Assembly: GCA_024638885.1 (NCBI GenBank)
Contig: JAHEJL010000009.1
Span: forward strand, 5,966-69,965
Direction: 5' to 3'
Source of the DNA: Coraliomargarita sp.
GTDB lineage: Bacteria; Verrucomicrobiota; Verrucomicrobiia; Opitutales; UBA953
DNA: 64,000 bases
The position numbers and the translations under genes are program-made. Positions 49,403 to 59,513 of the stretch are shown one piece after another (the stretch's first letter is position 1; each line of letters begins with the position of its first letter). A model generated the notes under the pieces. The model was given only the letters and a program-made list of their open reading frames with translations. It did no database searches and was not told the DNA's origin.

Positions 49403-52084
49403 TCAGGACACCACGCCGCGCAACGCGTCGGCCAAGGCCTCCGGCGGATGCGGGTCGCGGGTCAGGCCGCGCTCAGGGGTCAGGTAGAAGGTGTCGATGG
49501 CGAAGCCCTGCTCCGTCGCGATGTTGGCGAAGGTGATCGCATAGCCGGCCTCACGGATGGCGCGGCCGACGCGGAACAGCAGGCCGAGACGGTCGTTGCA
49601 CTGGATCTCGATGACGGTGCGGGCGAGGTCGACCTCATAGTAGACCTCGACCTTGGCGGCGAGGGGCACGAAGGCCTTGCGGCGCGGCGCGGTCATCAGC
49701 GCGCGCTGCTCTTCGGCGGCCACGTCCTCGACGAGGTCCGTGCCTTCGAGCAGCGAGCGGCCGAGGGCCGCGGTGAAACGTTCCTTGGAGGCGGCTTCCT
49801 TGCCGAGCGGCAGCACCACCTTGAAGAAGTCGATCGCGACGTCGTCGTCGCGCGAGAAGGCGCGGCAGGAGACGATGTTGATGCCGGCGACCGCGAACGC
49901 GCCGGCCATGCGGCTGAAGAGGCCCGCGCGATCCCAGGTGACGACGGTCACCAACGACTGGCCGGAGCCGGCGTCGTCATGCCATTCGACGATCGGGCGG
50001 AGCGAGACCTCGGCGTCGGCCTCGGATACCGAGGCGATGAGGCGATGGATCATGCGCAGGTGATGCGCGGCGTCCTCGGCCGCGGCGTGCAGGTAGTACC
50101 CGCGCGGCATCGTCACGAAGTGGGCCTCGATCTCGTCGGCCGGCACTTCCGCGCCGAGCAGGCCGGCCGTGGCGGCGCGCAGGGCCGAGATGACCGCGAC
50201 ATGGTCGCGCTCCTCTTCGCCGGCGAGCTTGGCCAGGGTGCGACGATAGAGCGACCAGTGCTGGCCGTCCTTGAAGTCGGTCCAGAGGTCCGGGGAGGTC
50301 GCACGGGCGTCGCAGCGGGTATGCACGAACAGGCTGCGGAGCACCTGCTCGTCGCCCATCAGGCGGGCGAAGCGTTCGATGTTCGCCGGGTCGTCGATGT
50401 CGTGGCGCTGCCAGTAGAGCCCCATGACGAGGTGATGGCGGATGACCCCGGCCGCGATCTCGCGCTCACGGGCGTCGAAGCCCAGGCGTTCGAGGATCTT
50501 GTCGGCGATGGGCACGCCGCGTTCGGCGTGGCCTTCGATGCCGCCCGACTTGGCGATGTCGTGCAGGAAGAGGATGGCGTAGAGCAGCGACGGCGCCTCG
50601 GAACCGAGGACGACCTGGCGGTACTTCTGGTCCACGTCGGTCTCGCCGGCGTAGATCGTATCGAGCTCCATCAGGCAGCGCAACGTGTGCACGTCGGCCG
50701 TCCAGCGGTGGTAGAACTCGAACTGCACGAGGCAATGGAGGCCGGCGAACTCAGGGACGAGGCGATACAGCAGGCCATGCTCGCGCAGGGCGTTCAAGGT
50801 GCCGTAGACGCGGCCGCCTTCGGTCAGCATCGCGCGCAGGGCGCTGCTGGCTTCCTCGGACGTCGCCAGCGCGGGCGTCAGCAGGTGCGCGCGTTCACGC
50901 ACGAGGAGCGAAAGCGCGCGATCCGGGCGGGCTTCGTGGATCTGGCAGATACGGAAGAGGCGGACGAGACGGCCCGGGTCCTCTTCGAACACCAGGCGAT
51001 GTTCGGCCGTCACCGTGCCGCCCGGGACGACGCGCAGGCCGTCCATGACGAAGGGGGCGCCCCACCCTTCGGGCTCGGGCTCGCCCATCACGGCGCCTTC
51101 GACGATCTCGGCGCAGCGGCGGACGTGGTCGGCGGCGTCGAAATATTCGCGCATCATGCCGCCGATGCGTTCGGTCAGCGTGCCGCGATAACCCAGGCTC
51201 TGGGACATGGTGTCCTGACGCTCCAGCGAAAGCTGTTCGGTCGGGCGGGTGACCTGGAAGTGCAGTTCGCAACGCAGGCGCAGCAGCACCTGCTTGGCTT
51301 CCTCGAACTTCTGGAGATCCACCGAGGGCAGGAAGCCGGAGGCCGCCAGGCCGGCGGGGCCGACGCCGTTGCGGGCGGTGCGGGCGATCCAGACGCAGCC
51401 CTGGACGTCACGCAGGGCGCCGACGCCGTTCTTGAGGTCAGGCTCCTGGAGGTAGGCGCTGCCGCCGGCCTTCTCGCGGCGCTTGCGCTGCGATTCGACG
51501 ATCGCGCGGGCGAACGGCTTCCAGGCCTGGCCGGAAAGGAGGGCCGCGGTCTTCGCCTCGAGCTGGGCATACAGTTCCGCGGAGCCGCAGAGGTGACGCG
51601 TCTCGAGCAAGGCGACGTGCAGGTGCAGGTCGTCCTTGGCGTAGTTGGTCGACTCCGTGACGGTGCGGACGGACTGGCCGACCTTGAGGCCGAGATCCCA
51701 GAGCGGATAGAGGATCGCTTCGACGAGCGCCTTCGTGGCGGCCGAATGACGCGGGACCAGGACGAGGAGGTCGATGTCGCTCAGCGGGCAGAGCTCGGCG
51801 CGGCCATAGCCGCCGGTGGCGACGAGGCTGATGGTCGCGGCGGCCGGGCCGGCCTTCAGGAACAGGGCGTCGAAGAGGATGTCGATCGCGTCCGAACGCA
51901 GCTTGGCGACCTCGCCCCCGCGGACGCCGGCGCGGTGCGCGGCCAGCTGGATCTCCCGGGCCTCGGCCAGGAAGACCTTGGCGCGCGGGACGAACTCGCC
52001 TTCGAGGGCGGCCTGGCCGGCCAGCCCGTGCTGGAGCGCGGCGCGACGGAGCAGGACGGCGGAGGACTCGTATTCGGGCGACAT
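49403..52084 (-). CDS. glnD: [Protein-PII] uridylyltransferase/uridylyl-removing enzyme
   Basis: Nucleotidyltransferase GGYGRAELCPLSDIDLLVL, an HD domain (LFLHDIAK), two C-terminal ACT domains. 893 aa. Confidence 0.9.
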   Translation of the reverse strand: MSPEYESSAVLLRRAALQHGLAGQAALEGEFVPRAKVFLAEAREIQLAAHRAGVRGGEVAKLRSDAIDILFDALFLKAGPAAATISLVATGGYGRAELCPLSDIDLLVLVPRHSAATKALVEAILYPLWDLGLKVGQSVRTVTESTNYAKDDLHLHVALLETRHLCGSAELYAQLEAKTAALLSGQAWKPFARAIVESQRKRREKAGGSAYLQEPDLKNGVGALRDVQGCVWIARTARNGVGPAGLAASGFLPSVDLQKFEEAKQVLLRLRCELHFQVTRPTEQLSLERQDTMSQSLGYRGTLTERIGGMMREYFDAADHVRRCAEIVEGAVMGEPEPEGWGAPFVMDGLRVVPGGTVTAEHRLVFEEDPGRLVRLFRICQIHEARPDRALSLLVRERAHLLTPALATSEEASSALRAMLTEGGRVYGTLNALREHGLLYRLVPEFAGLHCLVQFEFYHRWTADVHTLRCLMELDTIYAGETDVDQKYRQVVLGSEAPSLLYAILFLHDIAKSGGIEGHAERGVPIADKILERLGFDAREREIAAGVIRHHLVMGLYWQRHDIDDPANIERFARLMGDEQVLRSLFVHTRCDARATSPDLWTDFKDGQHWSLYRRTLAKLAGEEERDHVAVISALRAATAGLLGAEVPADEIEAHFVTMPRGYYLHAAAEDAAHHLRMIHRLIASVSEADAEVSLRPIVEWHDDAGSGQSLVTVVTWDRAGLFSRMAGAFAVAGINIVSCRAFSRDDDVAIDFFKVVLPLGKEAASKERFTAALGRSLLEGTDLVEDVAAEEQRALMTAPRRKAFVPLAAKVEVYYEVDLARTVIEIQCNDRLGLLFRVGRAIREAGYAITFANIATEQGFAIDTFYLTPERGLTRDPHPPEALADALRGVVS

Positions 52085-52164
52085 GCGACAGCGCCACCGT
52101 GACGGGAAAGGCCCTTTCCTTCAAGGGCGATTGCCAACGAGGACGAACCTGCCTCAATGCAGGC

Positions 52165-52824
52165 ATGGACAACTGGTTCAGCACCCTCAAGGCCGCCTTG
52201 CAGTCGATGTCGAACGTCGAGGAGATGATCAAGATCGGCGGCGTGCCCGTGATGACGCTCATCGTCTTCGCCGAGACCGGCCTGCTCTTCGGCTTCTTCC
52301 TGCCCGGCGACTCCATGATCGTGGTGGCCGGCATCCTGACCATCGCCAACGGCGACCGCCCCGCCCTGCTCGATCCTTGGACCCTCTTCTTCGCGCTCAC
52401 CGTGGCCGCGATCGTCGGCAACGAGCTCGGCCGCTGGCTCGGCGTGAAGTTCGGCGAACGCGTGGAGCAATGGGACGACGGCTGGCTCTACAAGCGCCGC
52501 TACCTCGAAGCCGCCCGCGCCTATTACGCCGAGAAAGGCGCCGCGTCCCTCGTGATGGCCCGCTTCATCCCGGTCATCCGCACCTTCGTGCCTTTCGTCG
52601 CCGGCATGGGCAAGATGCCGGCGCAGCGCTTCTTCGTCTGGAACGTGGCCGGCGCCGTCATCTGGATCGGCTCGCTCGTCCTGCTCGGCCACCTCATCGG
52701 CAACACGCCCCTGGCCAAGAACCTCGGCCTGGTGACGATCGGCGTGATCTTCGTCTCCTTCCTGCCCGTGCTGATCAAGCTGGGCAAAGCCTGGCTCACT
52801 TCCCGACGGGAAACCAGAACTTGA
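52165..52824 (+). CDS. dedA: DedA-family (VTT domain) membrane protein
   Basis: FAETGLLFGFFLPGDS and ARFIPVIRTFVPFVAG motifs. ATG 52165 chosen within the listed ORF. Confidence 0.85.
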   Translation: MDNWFSTLKAALQSMSNVEEMIKIGGVPVMTLIVFAETGLLFGFFLPGDSMIVVAGILTIANGDRPALLDPWTLFFALTVAAIVGNELGRWLGVKFGERVEQWDDGWLYKRRYLEAARAYYAEKGAASLVMARFIPVIRTFVPFVAGMGKMPAQRFFVWNVAGAVIWIGSLVLLGHLIGNTPLAKNLGLVTIGVIFVSFLPVLIKLGKAWLTSRRETRT

Positions 52825-54514
52825 ACGTCGTGCCGCCGGGTCCGGTGGACTCGACGACGATGTCGCCGCGGTGATCGCGCAGGATGCGCTTCACGATGGC
52901 GAGGCCGAGGCCGGTGCCGTCTTCGCGGCTGGTGAAGAACGAATCGAAGATCTTCGGCAGGATGGAGGCCGGGATACCCGAGCCGGTGTCGGTGATGCGG
53001 ACGGCGACGACTTCGCCCTGCGGGCCGGGCTCGACGCCGATGTGCAGGGCAAGCAGGCCGCCGTTGGTCATGGCCTGCACGCCGTTCATCATCAGGTTCA
53101 GGAAGACCTGCTGGATCTGGCCCGGATTACCTTCGACGGTGGGGATGACCTGGTCGCCATGGACCTCGACCTTCACGCCCAGCTGCTGGAGCTTGAGGCG
53201 CAGCAGCAGCACGGCGTTTTCCGTGGCCTTGCGCAGGTCGACGGTGCGGAACGCCCCCGACTGGGCCTTGCTCATGCCGAGCACGCGGGAGACGACGCCT
53301 TCCATGTGGGCGATCTTCTCGCGCATGACGCCGAGGTCTTCCATCTTGGGATCGTCCGCGGACATGCCATGGGCCAGGGTGTCCGAAAGGAGCTTCATCA
53401 CCGTCAGCGGATTGCGGATCTCATGCGCGACCTCGGCGGACAGCAGGCCGAGGGCGGTGAGGCGTTCGCTGCGACGGAGGCCTTCTTCGACCGCGAAGAC
53501 CTTGGCGTAGAGGCGGGCGTTCTGGATCGAGGAGGCGCCGAACGAAGACAACGCGGTGACGAGGTGCTTGTCGTCGTCGGAGAAGCGGTAGGCGCCCATC
53601 GCCACGCACATCAGCACGCCGAAGGTCTCGTCTTCGTAACGCACCGGCACGGCCAGCAGCGAGGAGGAGGAGACGGGCTCGGAAAGTTTCGTGAAGAGAT
53701 GCTCCTCGGTCTTGCCGGCGAGCGGCACGACCACCGGTCGGCCGCGTCCGACGACGGTACCGAGCGAGGTCTGGTTGACCGGGATGCTGGCCGCGAGTTC
53801 GCTGCCGCTCAGGTCGCCGTCGAGGTGCTTGAGCACCAGCAGGTCCTCGACGATCTTGTAATAGGCGCAGGCGCGGGCGCCGAGCAGGCCGCGGGTATGG
53901 CGGGAAAGATCCTGCGAGATGCCGGGCTCATCGCGCTCGCGGGCGAGGCCTTGGGCGGCGCGCACGAGGGCTTCGAGCTGGGCGGCCTTGGAACGGAGCT
54001 GACGGAGGAGCCAGATGCGGCCGACGGCCTTCGAGGCTTCGTTGGTGAGGAGCGCGAGGAAGGCGACGTCCTGCTCGGTAAACGCGTCGAGACGGTCGGA
54101 GTCGCAGTTCACGACGCCGATGACGTTCCCCATGAGCTCCATGGGCACGGCGAGCTCGGAGCGGATGCCCTTGCGGATCTCGACGTAGCGGGGGTCCTTG
54201 GAGACGTCCGGGATGCGCTGCGGCTTGGCGTACAGGGCGACCCAGCCGGTGATGCCCTGCCCTTGGTCGATGACCTGGGCGGCCGAGGCGGCGTCGAGGC
54301 CGTTGCTCACCTCGATGCGGAGCGAACCCGTGGCGGGCTCGACGAGCGCGATGGACGCGCTCGAGGCGTTCAGCGTGCGCACGATCTCCTCGAGGATGAA
54401 GTCGAGCGCCTCGCGCGGATCTTCGGTCGCGTTGACGAAGGCGCCGACGCGGTAGAGACAGTCCAGGACGCGGGCGTCGCCGGGACGTTCCTGCGCTGGG
54501 CGGGAATTCGGCAT
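52796..54514 (-). CDS. Cytoplasmic GAF-GAF sensor histidine kinase (no adjacent response regulator)
   Basis: Two GAF-like modules, the H-box SAEVAHEIRNPL, N-box LNLMMNGVQAM, and G-boxes DTGSGI and GTGLGLAI. No TM helix. Confidence 0.85.
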   Translation of the reverse strand: MPNSRPAQERPGDARVLDCLYRVGAFVNATEDPREALDFILEEIVRTLNASSASIALVEPATGSLRIEVSNGLDAASAAQVIDQGQGITGWVALYAKPQRIPDVSKDPRYVEIRKGIRSELAVPMELMGNVIGVVNCDSDRLDAFTEQDVAFLALLTNEASKAVGRIWLLRQLRSKAAQLEALVRAAQGLARERDEPGISQDLSRHTRGLLGARACAYYKIVEDLLVLKHLDGDLSGSELAASIPVNQTSLGTVVGRGRPVVVPLAGKTEEHLFTKLSEPVSSSSLLAVPVRYEDETFGVLMCVAMGAYRFSDDDKHLVTALSSFGASSIQNARLYAKVFAVEEGLRRSERLTALGLLSAEVAHEIRNPLTVMKLLSDTLAHGMSADDPKMEDLGVMREKIAHMEGVVSRVLGMSKAQSGAFRTVDLRKATENAVLLLRLKLQQLGVKVEVHGDQVIPTVEGNPGQIQQVFLNLMMNGVQAMTNGGLLALHIGVEPGPQGEVVAVRITDTGSGIPASILPKIFDSFFTSREDGTGLGLAIVKRILRDHRGDIVVESTGPGGTTFKFWFPVGK

Positions 54515-54517
54515 GGC

Positions 54518-55324
54518 CTAGAGCGAGTGGTCCATGTCGAGCGCCGGGGCGTCGACGGAGGTCTGGCCGATCACCACGGCCGGCACGCCCGCCACGCTGG
54601 TGTGCGGGGCGACGTCCTTGAGCACGACGGAACCGGCGCCGATCTTGGCGCCCTCCCCGATCGTGATGTTGCCGAGGATCTTGGCGCCGGCGCCGACGAG
54701 GACGCCCGAACGGATCTTCGGATGGCGGTCACCGCGGGCCTTGCCGGTGCCGCCGAGGGTGACCTCGTGGAGGAAGGAGACGTTGTCGGCCACGACGCTG
54801 GTCTCGCCGGCGACGAAGCCGGTGGCGTGGTCGAGCAGGATGCCGACGCCGAAGCGGGCGGCGGGATGGATGTCGACGCCGAGATGCTCGGAGACGAGCG
54901 ACTGCAGGTGCGTGGCGAGCTCCTTGCGGCCGGCCTTCCAGAGCGCGTGCGCGAGGCGGTGCGTCGAGATGGCGTGGAAACCCTTATACCAAAGATAGGG
55001 CACCAAGGCGCTGTCCGTGGCGGGATCGCGCTCGAGGGTGGCGCGGATGTCGGCGCGCATCTGCGCGAGGACCTCCGGATCGGAAGCGACGGCTTCGCCG
55101 AGGACGCGGAGGACGACCGGCAGGTCCTGGCCGGTCGGGGTCAGGCGTTCGGCCAGACGCTGGATGATGCCTTCGCCGAAACCCGCCCGGGCGAGGACAT
55201 AGCGTTCGAGCATCGGAGCCAGGGCAGGCTCGGACTTGGCGACGACCGTCGCACGGGCCTGCAGCTCCGCCCAGAGGGAAGCCTCATTGGCGCAGACCAA
55301 GGCGATGGAGCGGGCGTCAGCCAT
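54518..55324 (-). CDS. cysE: Serine O-acetyltransferase
   Basis: SATase N-terminal domain (YLWYKGFHAISTHRLAH) and hexapeptide repeats (GVLVGAGAKILGNITIGEGAKIGAGSVV). Confidence 0.9.
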   Translation of the reverse strand: MADARSIALVCANEASLWAELQARATVVAKSEPALAPMLERYVLARAGFGEGIIQRLAERLTPTGQDLPVVLRVLGEAVASDPEVLAQMRADIRATLERDPATDSALVPYLWYKGFHAISTHRLAHALWKAGRKELATHLQSLVSEHLGVDIHPAARFGVGILLDHATGFVAGETSVVADNVSFLHEVTLGGTGKARGDRHPKIRSGVLVGAGAKILGNITIGEGAKIGAGSVVLKDVAPHTSVAGVPAVVIGQTSVDAPALDMDHSL

Positions 55325-55484
55325 AGACAGGGATTAATTCGGGGTTTTCGGTCAATTTGGCAACCCATGAGTCAAATCAGCGTTAAAATGGCCTAACTAT
55401 GGAGGTTTGCGCCACCCCGACGCCACGAGGGGGTTGAAAACCGCGAACTAAGTCTTACATCTAGCGGCCTACCCTCCCAACACC

Positions 55485-56042
55485 ATGCGTATCCTCCCCT
55501 CCCTCCTCGCGTGCCTCGCCGCCGTCGCCGCTTTCGCGGCCGCCGAAGTCGGCAAGCCTGCCCCTGAGTTCACCGCCAAGGACAAAGACGGCAAGACCGT
55601 CAGCCTCGCCGACTTCAAGGGCAAGACCGTCGTCCTCGAATGGTATAACCCCGGCTGCCCGTACGTGAAGAAGTTCTACGACGTCGGCGCGATGCAGAAC
55701 GCCCAGAAGGACGCGATCGGCCAAGGCGTCGTCTGGCTGGTGATCAACACCGGCGGCCACAAGCTCAACGAAGCCAACGGCTACTACCCTGCCACCGTCG
55801 TCATCGACGAAGGCAGCAAGATCGCCCGCGCCTATGAAGCCAAGGTCACCCCGCACTGCTTCGTGATCGATGCCAAGGGCGTGCTCGCTTACAAGGGCGC
55901 CATCGACAGCATCGCTTCCACCAAGTCCGCCGACATCGAGAAGGCCACCAACTACGTGTCCGCCGCGATCAAGGCCCTCAAGGAAGGCAAGACCCCGGAA
56001 GTCACGCAGACCAAGCCCTACGGCTGCGGCGTGAAGTACTAA
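55485..56042 (+). CDS. Secreted thioredoxin-fold (redoxin/TlpA-like) protein
   Basis: Signal peptide. GKTVVLEWYNPGCPYV and VTPHCFVID (cis-Pro region). Confidence 0.65.
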   Translation: MRILPSLLACLAAVAAFAAAEVGKPAPEFTAKDKDGKTVSLADFKGKTVVLEWYNPGCPYVKKFYDVGAMQNAQKDAIGQGVVWLVINTGGHKLNEANGYYPATVVIDEGSKIARAYEAKVTPHCFVIDAKGVLAYKGAIDSIASTKSADIEKATNYVSAAIKALKEGKTPEVTQTKPYGCGVKY

Positions 56043-56061
56043 GCCGATAAACCGGCCAAGC

Positions 56062-56091
56062 AAAAGGGCGTCCGAACGGACGCCCTTTTTT
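56062..56091. terminator. Bidirectional intrinsic terminator
   Basis: AAAA-GGGCGTCC-GAAC-GGACGCCC-TTTTTT between the convergent genes ending at 56042 (+) and 56112 (-). Confidence 0.85.
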
Positions 56092-56111
56092 GTGCCTGCG
56101 GAAGATGCGTC

Positions 56112-57494
56112 TCAGGCCACGCCGGTGGCCTGCAGGATCTTCGCATGCACCTGGTCGTTGCGCAGGTGCGGCGTGAAGAGCTGCGAGCCGGGGCCGGTGG
56201 AGCAGAACTCGACCATCTCGCCGGTGTGGTTGTTGCTCGTCCAGCCGATCGAGGTGTAGCGCATCAGGGCCGCCGACAGCGTCTTGGTGGAGACGATCTT
56301 GGTGCGGTCTTCGCCCTTGAAGGTCAGGCCGGTGGCCTTTTCGGCGGCGGCGAGGAAATCCTTCGCCGACAGGCCCTTGGTCTTGGCGCCCAGCAGTTCG
56401 AGGGAAGACGTGAAAGCGTTCATCCGGTCGAACGCCGGGGAGGACTCGGCGTAGGACGGCGCCGTGGTATCGAAGTCTTCGCTGCCCAGGCCGTTCACGT
56501 TGAAACCGCCGGTACCGTGGTCGGTGGTGATGATCAGCAAGGTGTCGGGATTCTGGTCGACGAAGGCCAGCACGGTGGCGATGGCCTCGTCGAAGGCGAC
56601 CTGCTCGCGGATCGCCGCGGCGCCGTCGTTGCCGTGGGCGGCATGGTCGATGCGACCGCCCTCGACCATCAGGAAGAAGCCTTCGGGCGCGGGGGCGAGG
56701 CGCCGCAGGGCGACCTTGGTCATCTCCGCGAGCGTGGGCGTCGACGCCTTCAGTTCCGCGGAGTGCAGGCGGTCGATCTCGAAAGGCACATGGCTCTTGC
56801 TGAAGAGGCCTAGCAGCGGGGCCTTGCCGGCGTCCGCCAGGAGCTGGTCGCGGTTGAGCGCCACGGCGTAACCGGCCTTACGATAGGCCGCGACGAGTTC
56901 GTCGCTGAAATACTGGGTACCGCCGCCGAGGACGACGTCGACGCCGCGCTCCAGGTATTGGGCGGCGATGGCCTTCTGGTCGGAGCGCTTGGCCACCGTG
57001 GTGGCGAAGCCGGCCGGCGTGGCGTGGGTGGCGGTCGCGGTGGTGACGAGGCCGCAACGCTTCTTGGCGGCGTTCATCTTCTGGACGATCGTCGTCGGCT
57101 TACGGCCGTCGGGGGTGATGTTGACCGCCCCGTTATTGATGCGTTCGCCGATGCCCCAGCAGCTGGCGGCCGCGGAAGAATCGGTGACGATGCCGCTGGC
57201 GGAATCGGTCTCGCAGAGCGAACGGACGACCGGGCGCTCGGCATACATCTTCATCCAGTTGGAACTGCGCTTCTCCGTCCGGGTGAGGTAGGTCTGCGCG
57301 GCGGTCAGCACCGAGAAGCACATGCCGTCGGAGACCATGAAGATCACGTTCTTGGCCTGGCGCTTCGCGGAGTTGGCGGCCGCCTCGCGCCCTTCGGCGC
57401 CGAGGGCGCGGACGGAACCGGCCCCGAAGACGAGACCGCCGAGGCCGGCGAACTTCAGGAAATCACGGCGGGAGGAAGAACGGGGCTGGCTCAT
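56112..57494 (-). CDS. Tat-exported alkaline phosphatase (PhoA family)
   Basis: SRRDFLKFAGLG twin-Arg signal, NVIFMVSDGM and IVTDSSAAAS (Ser nucleophile block), DHAAHGND. Confidence 0.85.
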   Translation of the reverse strand: MSQPRSSSRRDFLKFAGLGGLVFGAGSVRALGAEGREAAANSAKRQAKNVIFMVSDGMCFSVLTAAQTYLTRTEKRSSNWMKMYAERPVVRSLCETDSASGIVTDSSAAASCWGIGERINNGAVNITPDGRKPTTIVQKMNAAKKRCGLVTTATATHATPAGFATTVAKRSDQKAIAAQYLERGVDVVLGGGTQYFSDELVAAYRKAGYAVALNRDQLLADAGKAPLLGLFSKSHVPFEIDRLHSAELKASTPTLAEMTKVALRRLAPAPEGFFLMVEGGRIDHAAHGNDGAAAIREQVAFDEAIATVLAFVDQNPDTLLIITTDHGTGGFNVNGLGSEDFDTTAPSYAESSPAFDRMNAFTSSLELLGAKTKGLSAKDFLAAAEKATGLTFKGEDRTKIVSTKTLSAALMRYTSIGWTSNNHTGEMVEFCSTGPGSQLFTPHLRNDQVHAKILQATGVA

Positions 57495-57569
57495 GCTCGG
57501 GGTATAGGCTCAAAAGACCCCACCGGGCAACCTTAGTTCCCCGGGGAGTCCGTCAAACCCACCTGAACT

Positions 57570-59447
57570 TCAGGCCTGCGGAGCGGCCGGGGCGGCGGGA
57601 GCGGTCGGCACGTGCGCCTTGAGGCGACGCTCGGCGATCTCGGCCGACACCAGGGCGATGAACTCGGCCAGGGTGCGGTTGCCCTCGAAGGACTTGTCCG
57701 CACGGGAACGCACGTTGACGACGCCGGCTTCCTTTTCCTTGGCGCCCACGACCAGCATGTGCGGGACCTTGGACATCTCGGCGCGGCGGATCTTGGCGCC
57801 GAGCTTGTCGGACGAAGCGTCGACGCTGCAGCGGATCTTGGCGGCCTTGAGGGTCTCGGCCATCGCTTCGCAATCGGCGTTGAGGTCGTCGTTCAGCGGG
57901 ATGAGGCGCACCTGCTCGGGCGAGAGCCAGGTCGGGAAGTCGCCGGCGAAGTGCTCGATCAGGATGCCGACGAAGCGCTCCATCGAACCGAACGGCGCGC
58001 GGTGGATCATCACCGGGCGGTGCGGCTTGTTGTCGGCGCCGTTGTAGGTGAGGTCGAAACGCTCCGGCAGGTTGAAGTCGACCTGCACCGTGCCGAGCTG
58101 CCATTCGCGGCCGATGACGTCGCGGACGACGAAGTCGATCTTGGGGCCGTAGAAGGCGGCTTCGCCCGGCTCTTCGGAGAAGGCGACGCCCAGGGTGGCG
58201 GCGGCGGCGCGGCAGGCGGCCTCGGCCTTGTCCCAGTTCTCGGCGGTGCCGGTATACTTGGCGGAGTCCGGGTTACGCAGGCCGACGCGGACACGATAGT
58301 CGTTCAGGCCGAGCGTCTTGAGGACGATCTTCACGAGCTCGAGGCAGCCGAGGACTTCCGGAAGGACCTGGTCTTCGGTGCAGAAGAGGTGGGCGTCGTC
58401 CTGGGTGAAGCCGCGGACGCGCGTCATGCCGTTCAGCTCGCCGGACTGCTCCCAGCGGTAGACCGTGCCGAATTCGGCGAGGCGGACCGGGAGGTCGCGA
58501 TAGGAGTGCGGCTGGGAAGCGTAGATGCGGATGTGGTGCGGGCAGTTCATCGGCTTCAGGAGGAAGCCCTGCACGGTGCCGTCGGCCAGGCGGTTGGTCA
58601 GTTCGCCGCAACCGCAGCCTTCCTTGGCGAGCATCTCCATCGCCTCGCGCTCGACGAGCGGGGGGAACTGGGCGTCCTTGTAATACGGGAAGTGGCCCGA
58701 GGTGCGGTAGAGGTCGAGGTTGCCGATGTGCGGCGTGAAGACCTGCTTGTAGCCGGTCTGGAAGAGTCGCTCGGAGATGAAGTTCTGGAGCTCCTGGCGG
58801 ACGACGGCGCCGTTGGGCGTCCAGAGGATGAGGCCCTGCCCCACCTTCTCGTCGATGTGGAAGAGCTTCAGTTCCTTGCCCAGCTTGCGGTGGTCGCGCT
58901 TCTTGGCTTCCTCGGCGCGGGCCATGGCCTGCTCGAGTTCGTCCTTGGTGGCGTAGGCGGTGCCGTAGATGCGCTGGAGCTGCTTGTTCTTCTCGTCGCC
59001 GCGATGGTAGGCGCCGGCGATGTGCAGGAGCTTGAACGCCTTCACCTGCGAGGTGTAGCGGACGTGGGTGCCGGCGCAGAGGTCGACGAACTCGCCGTTC
59101 TTATAGAAGGAGATGGTCTCGCCGGCGGGGATGTCGCCGAGTCGGCCGACCTTGTAGGCGTTCTGGCCGCGCTCGCGGATCAGCTTCTCGGCTTCCTCGC
59201 GGGTGCACTCGAAGCGTTCGAACTTCTGGTTCTCCTTGGAGATGCGGCGCATCTCTTCCTCGATCTTCACGAGGTCTTCGGCCGTGAAGGTGTGGTCGAG
59301 GTCGAAGTCGTAGTAGAAGCCGTTGTCGGTGGGCGGGCCGATGTCCAGCTGGGCCTGGGGGAACAGGCGGAGCACGGCGGCGCCCAGCATGTGGGCGGCG
59401 GAGTGACGGATCTCCTCGAGGGGAGTCATCTGCGGGCGGGAAGACAT
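57570..59447 (-). CDS. thrS: Threonine--tRNA ligase lacking the N-terminal TGS domain
   Basis: It starts directly at the editing-domain motif IRHSAAHMLG. Class II motifs PMNCPHH, RVRGFTQDDAH and GPKIDF are present, followed by the anticodon-binding domain. Start ATG 59447 or the listed 59462. Confidence 0.9.
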   Translation of the reverse strand: MSSRPQMTPLEEIRHSAAHMLGAAVLRLFPQAQLDIGPPTDNGFYYDFDLDHTFTAEDLVKIEEEMRRISKENQKFERFECTREEAEKLIRERGQNAYKVGRLGDIPAGETISFYKNGEFVDLCAGTHVRYTSQVKAFKLLHIAGAYHRGDEKNKQLQRIYGTAYATKDELEQAMARAEEAKKRDHRKLGKELKLFHIDEKVGQGLILWTPNGAVVRQELQNFISERLFQTGYKQVFTPHIGNLDLYRTSGHFPYYKDAQFPPLVEREAMEMLAKEGCGCGELTNRLADGTVQGFLLKPMNCPHHIRIYASQPHSYRDLPVRLAEFGTVYRWEQSGELNGMTRVRGFTQDDAHLFCTEDQVLPEVLGCLELVKIVLKTLGLNDYRVRVGLRNPDSAKYTGTAENWDKAEAACRAAAATLGVAFSEEPGEAAFYGPKIDFVVRDVIGREWQLGTVQVDFNLPERFDLTYNGADNKPHRPVMIHRAPFGSMERFVGILIEHFAGDFPTWLSPEQVRLIPLNDDLNADCEAMAETLKAAKIRCSVDASSDKLGAKIRRAEMSKVPHMLVVGAKEKEAGVVNVRSRADKSFEGNRTLAEFIALVSAEIAERRLKAHVPTAPAAPAAPQA

Positions 59448-59513
59448 GGCGGAATACCCCACTCGCTAGGGCTTCCCGAGGCGGAGGGCAAGGACGGAGC
59501 AAGCCGCCCTGCC

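Noticed and set aside
48599-52102. 1167-aa ORF on the plus strand
   Set aside because: It is antisense to msrA and glnD, both of which have clear catalytic motifs. It has the same low-complexity composition.
55325-55484. TGGCA...sigma54-like element and possible small RNA in the 160-bp cysE/redoxin divergent spacer
   Set aside because: The GG-N10-GC spacing of a -24/-12 promoter is not satisfied (TGGCAACCCATGAGTC). No terminator-like hairpin that would define an sRNA was seen.
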